Shown here piece after piece: positions 56,053-57,993 of a stretch of DNA of 57,993 nt (its first letter is position 1; each line of letters opens with the position of its first letter). The stretch covers positions 1 through 57,993 of the forward strand of contig JACOXY010000001.1 of the NCBI GenBank assembly GCA_016182095.1, in the 5' to 3' direction. Below the pieces are notes generated by a model. That model was not told where the DNA came from. It worked only from the letters and a program-made list of their open reading frames with translations, and searched no databases. Origin of the DNA: Candidatus Liptonbacteria bacterium (GTDB taxonomy: Bacteria > Patescibacteriota > Minisyncoccia > UBA6257 > JACOXY01). A program made the position numbers and the translations under genes.

Positions 56053-57048
56053 TTAAAAGTCATCTTGAATTTTTTGCCTAACAGCTTCCCTTAACTTATG
56101 CGCATTGCCATGAATTAAGAGACCGGCATAAGAAGCAATAGTCGCGTGTTTGGGTTTGCCAAAAAGACGCTGTTCCATTCTTTGTTTTGTTTTTGTCCGA
56201 AGCACGCGGTGTTCGGTAAAATGCACCCATCCCAAGAAATCAACTCCGGAAGAGACAGTTTTAAAGACAATTTTCTTTGGGTGAAGCGTGAGCCTAAGTC
56301 GTTCTTCCAAAAAATCAGCGATTTTGGGCAAATACTCCAAAAGTATATCTGGGTCTCGCGAGAGCATTACAAAATCATCGGCGTATCTGATATATCGTCT
56401 AATTTCCAAATCACGCTTAATAAACTGGTCAAGTTCGTTTAAATACAAATTTATAAAAAGTTGGCTTGTTAAGTTCCCCAATGGAATCCCCCTGCCTTTC
56501 ACGCCACCTGAAAAACTATTTATTACTTCCTGAATAACTGCCAAAAGCCGCTTATCCCCAATGTGCTTCTCTAATATTTTTATGAGGATCGCGTGATTCA
56601 CCGAAGTAAAACATTTTGCGATATCACATGTTAGCGCTAAAACAGTTTTCGTTCCATTAGCTCCTTCTTTCCCCACAAATGCCGCTAATCTTCTTAATGC
56701 TTTATGAGTGCCCTTCTTTTTTCTACAAGAATAAGAATCATAAATAAAATATCGTTCAAAATATGGATAGAGCGCCTCATAAATCGCGTGGTGCGCCACG
56801 CGATCGCGCACAGACGCTTTATGAATATCGCGCGGCTTTGGGTCAGAAATTTTAAAATGAGCGTACCCACCATGTTTATACTTGCCGCCTAAAATATCGC
56901 GTTCCAGACCGCGTAAATTGTCCACTAGCCGCGCGGCAAATTCCGCCACGTCGACTTTTCTACGTTTACCCTTACTAAACGTTATCCACGCGTGAAACAA
57001 ATTTTGAAAAGAAAAAGTGTCTTCAAAGTTTGGAATTCTATAATTCAT
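56053..57048 (-). CDS. DGR-type reverse transcriptase
   Basis: KPRDIH..SVRDRV.HHA, SYSCRKKKGTH, DIAKCF, GIPLGNLTSQ (LGxxxSQ typical of DGR RTs), YADD; 331 aa with no maturase/endonuclease tail. Confidence 0.95.
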   Translation of the reverse strand: MNYRIPNFEDTFSFQNLFHAWITFSKGKRRKVDVAEFAARLVDNLRGLERDILGGKYKHGGYAHFKISDPKPRDIHKASVRDRVAHHAIYEALYPYFERYFIYDSYSCRKKKGTHKALRRLAAFVGKEGANGTKTVLALTCDIAKCFTSVNHAILIKILEKHIGDKRLLAVIQEVINSFSGGVKGRGIPLGNLTSQLFINLYLNELDQFIKRDLEIRRYIRYADDFVMLSRDPDILLEYLPKIADFLEERLRLTLHPKKIVFKTVSSGVDFLGWVHFTEHRVLRTKTKQRMEQRLFGKPKHATIASYAGLLIHGNAHKLREAVRQKIQDDF

Positions 57049-57084
57049 ATTATATATGATACAATTTTTACAATAAGAATAACT

Positions 57085-57461
57085 ATGAACGCCCCCCCCC
57101 CCAACAGAAGCTTTCCGGCATCGCGCAAAAATTGCTTGCCACCTATAAGGCCTGGCACGAAATCACTCGCCACATTCCCAAAATGCGGCGCTATTCACTG
57201 GGCGTAAAAATTGATTCGCTTTTTAGTGATGTTATTGAGCTTATATCCATTGCACAATTTTCCGTTAAAGAAAAACGAATTCCCGTTATTGAACGTGCAA
57301 TAGCTAAAAATGATGTTTTGAAATTTATGCTCTATGTTCTGTGGGAACTTCAGGGTATTGAAGAGAAACATTTTTTGGCGATTGCTCCGCAACTTGAGGA
57401 GGTAGGCCGTATGCTCTACGGCTGGAAACAACGTATGGAAAAAGAAAACCGCCCTGCGTAA
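57085..57461 (+). CDS. avd: Avd-like accessory variability determinant (four-helix bundle); natural ATG at 57085 is out of frame because of a C11 tract, in-frame TTG at 57132
   Basis: RYSLGVKID, LKFML..L.EL..I, EVGRMLYGW; adjacent to RT and TR. Confidence 0.85.
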
Positions 57462-57485
57462 AAGCGCGGAGCGGAAACAAGATTA

Positions 57486-57630
57486 GTATCGAACAGAACA
57501 ACACGGCAATTGCCATTCCAACCGTTCGTGAGCCAATTCGCATTCCGATGCCATCTCGCATCCGTGGCATTCCACCCCACACACGGCACATTCCAGTTGC
57601 CATTAGCGCCGCGAAGAATTACACGAAAAA
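57486..57630 (-). ncRNA. DGR template repeat (TR); 5' boundary approximate
   Basis: Minus strand reads RVILRGANGNWNVPCVGWNATDARWHRNANWLTNGWNGNCRVVLFD with 9 AAY codons; 57489-57509 is identical to 57972-57992. Confidence 0.9.
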
Positions 57631-57860
57631 CCTTCCGTGCCACCGCCCGCAAGAAGCATCGTGTGCTAATCGCCGAGCTGTATAGTATTTGGTATATAAA
57701 ATACTCCGGTTTCTCGCGCAGACTTTTCTAGTTTTTTAGATTTTGAAGATGACTCTCACTATCACGAGCCACATTAGCAAGTGATATTCTGGATTCACCC
57801 ATCTCGACGCTGTGGCATAAAGATCTTAATCCGTATGCTGATATTCACAAGCGTAATTTT

Positions 57861-57869
57861 ATTATATCA
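57861..57869 (-). promoter_or_regulatory. Extended -10 promoter likely driving the TR RNA
   Basis: TGATATAAT on the minus strand about 230 nt upstream of TR. Confidence 0.5.
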
Positions 57870-57964
57870 TTTCTAAATTTAACGCAAGGGCAAAAATCAA
57901 AAAATCAATCTGGCATTGGCAATAATCCAAAACCCAAAAAACTACCTGTAGTGAGCTTGCCGAA

Positions 57965-57993
57965 CTATTTTTCGAACAGAACAACACGGCAAC
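57965..57993 (-). CDS. 3' end of the DGR target gene (variable repeat/IMH), truncated by the window edge
   Basis: Encodes xGT-C-R-V-V-L-F-E-K-TAG; 21-nt identity to TR, then TR A versus VR G at 57510/57993. Confidence 0.85.

Noticed and set aside
56053-57048. RT as group II intron, retron or Abi RT
   Set aside because: No maturase/endonuclease tail or intron domains seen; the LGxxxSQ motif, Avd and TR/VR pair indicate a DGR.
57416-57652. 78-aa Trp/Asn-rich ORF as a protein-coding gene
   Set aside because: It is the reading frame of the DGR template repeat and overlaps the avd 3' end; TRs are normally non-coding.
1-57993. Alternative genetic code (TGA=Gly)
   Set aside because: Conserved genes are full-length under code 11, and TGA terminates rpsS and the rpsH C-terminal frame at expected positions.

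Overview
Chromosomal segment of a small-genome bacterium, most likely Patescibacteria/CPR (Parcubacteria-like). This is inferred from protein style, absence of rpmD from the spc operon, short LysS/UvrA/UvrC, scarce SD sites and TGA used as stop. From left to right: tRNA-Met and GIY-YIG; rseP; tRNA-Val with an array of tRNA fragments; rplJL; a few accessory genes; lysS-greA-GT2-map-adk-secY and the S10-spc ribosomal cluster up to tuf (rpsH and rplE look broken by deletions, rplC is very short); an accessory patch; uvrC, uvrA and uvrB carrying in-frame repeat insertions; nfo; a 10.6 kb surface-protein cluster (cohesin, dockerin, WxL-like paralogues); ftsQ-like; alr; a MoxR AAA+ / HExxH-vWA module; and, at the right edge, a diversity-generating retroelement (DGR). 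The DGR comprises RT, Avd, a template repeat and the last 29 bp of the variable target gene. Its avd is inverted relative to RT/TR/target, and its natural ATG is out of frame because of a C11 tract (candidate phase-variable switch, or a sequencing error). Many small palindromes, MITE-like elements and 7-mer repeats are dispersed through the window. No database searches were run; all family calls are from motif recognition.
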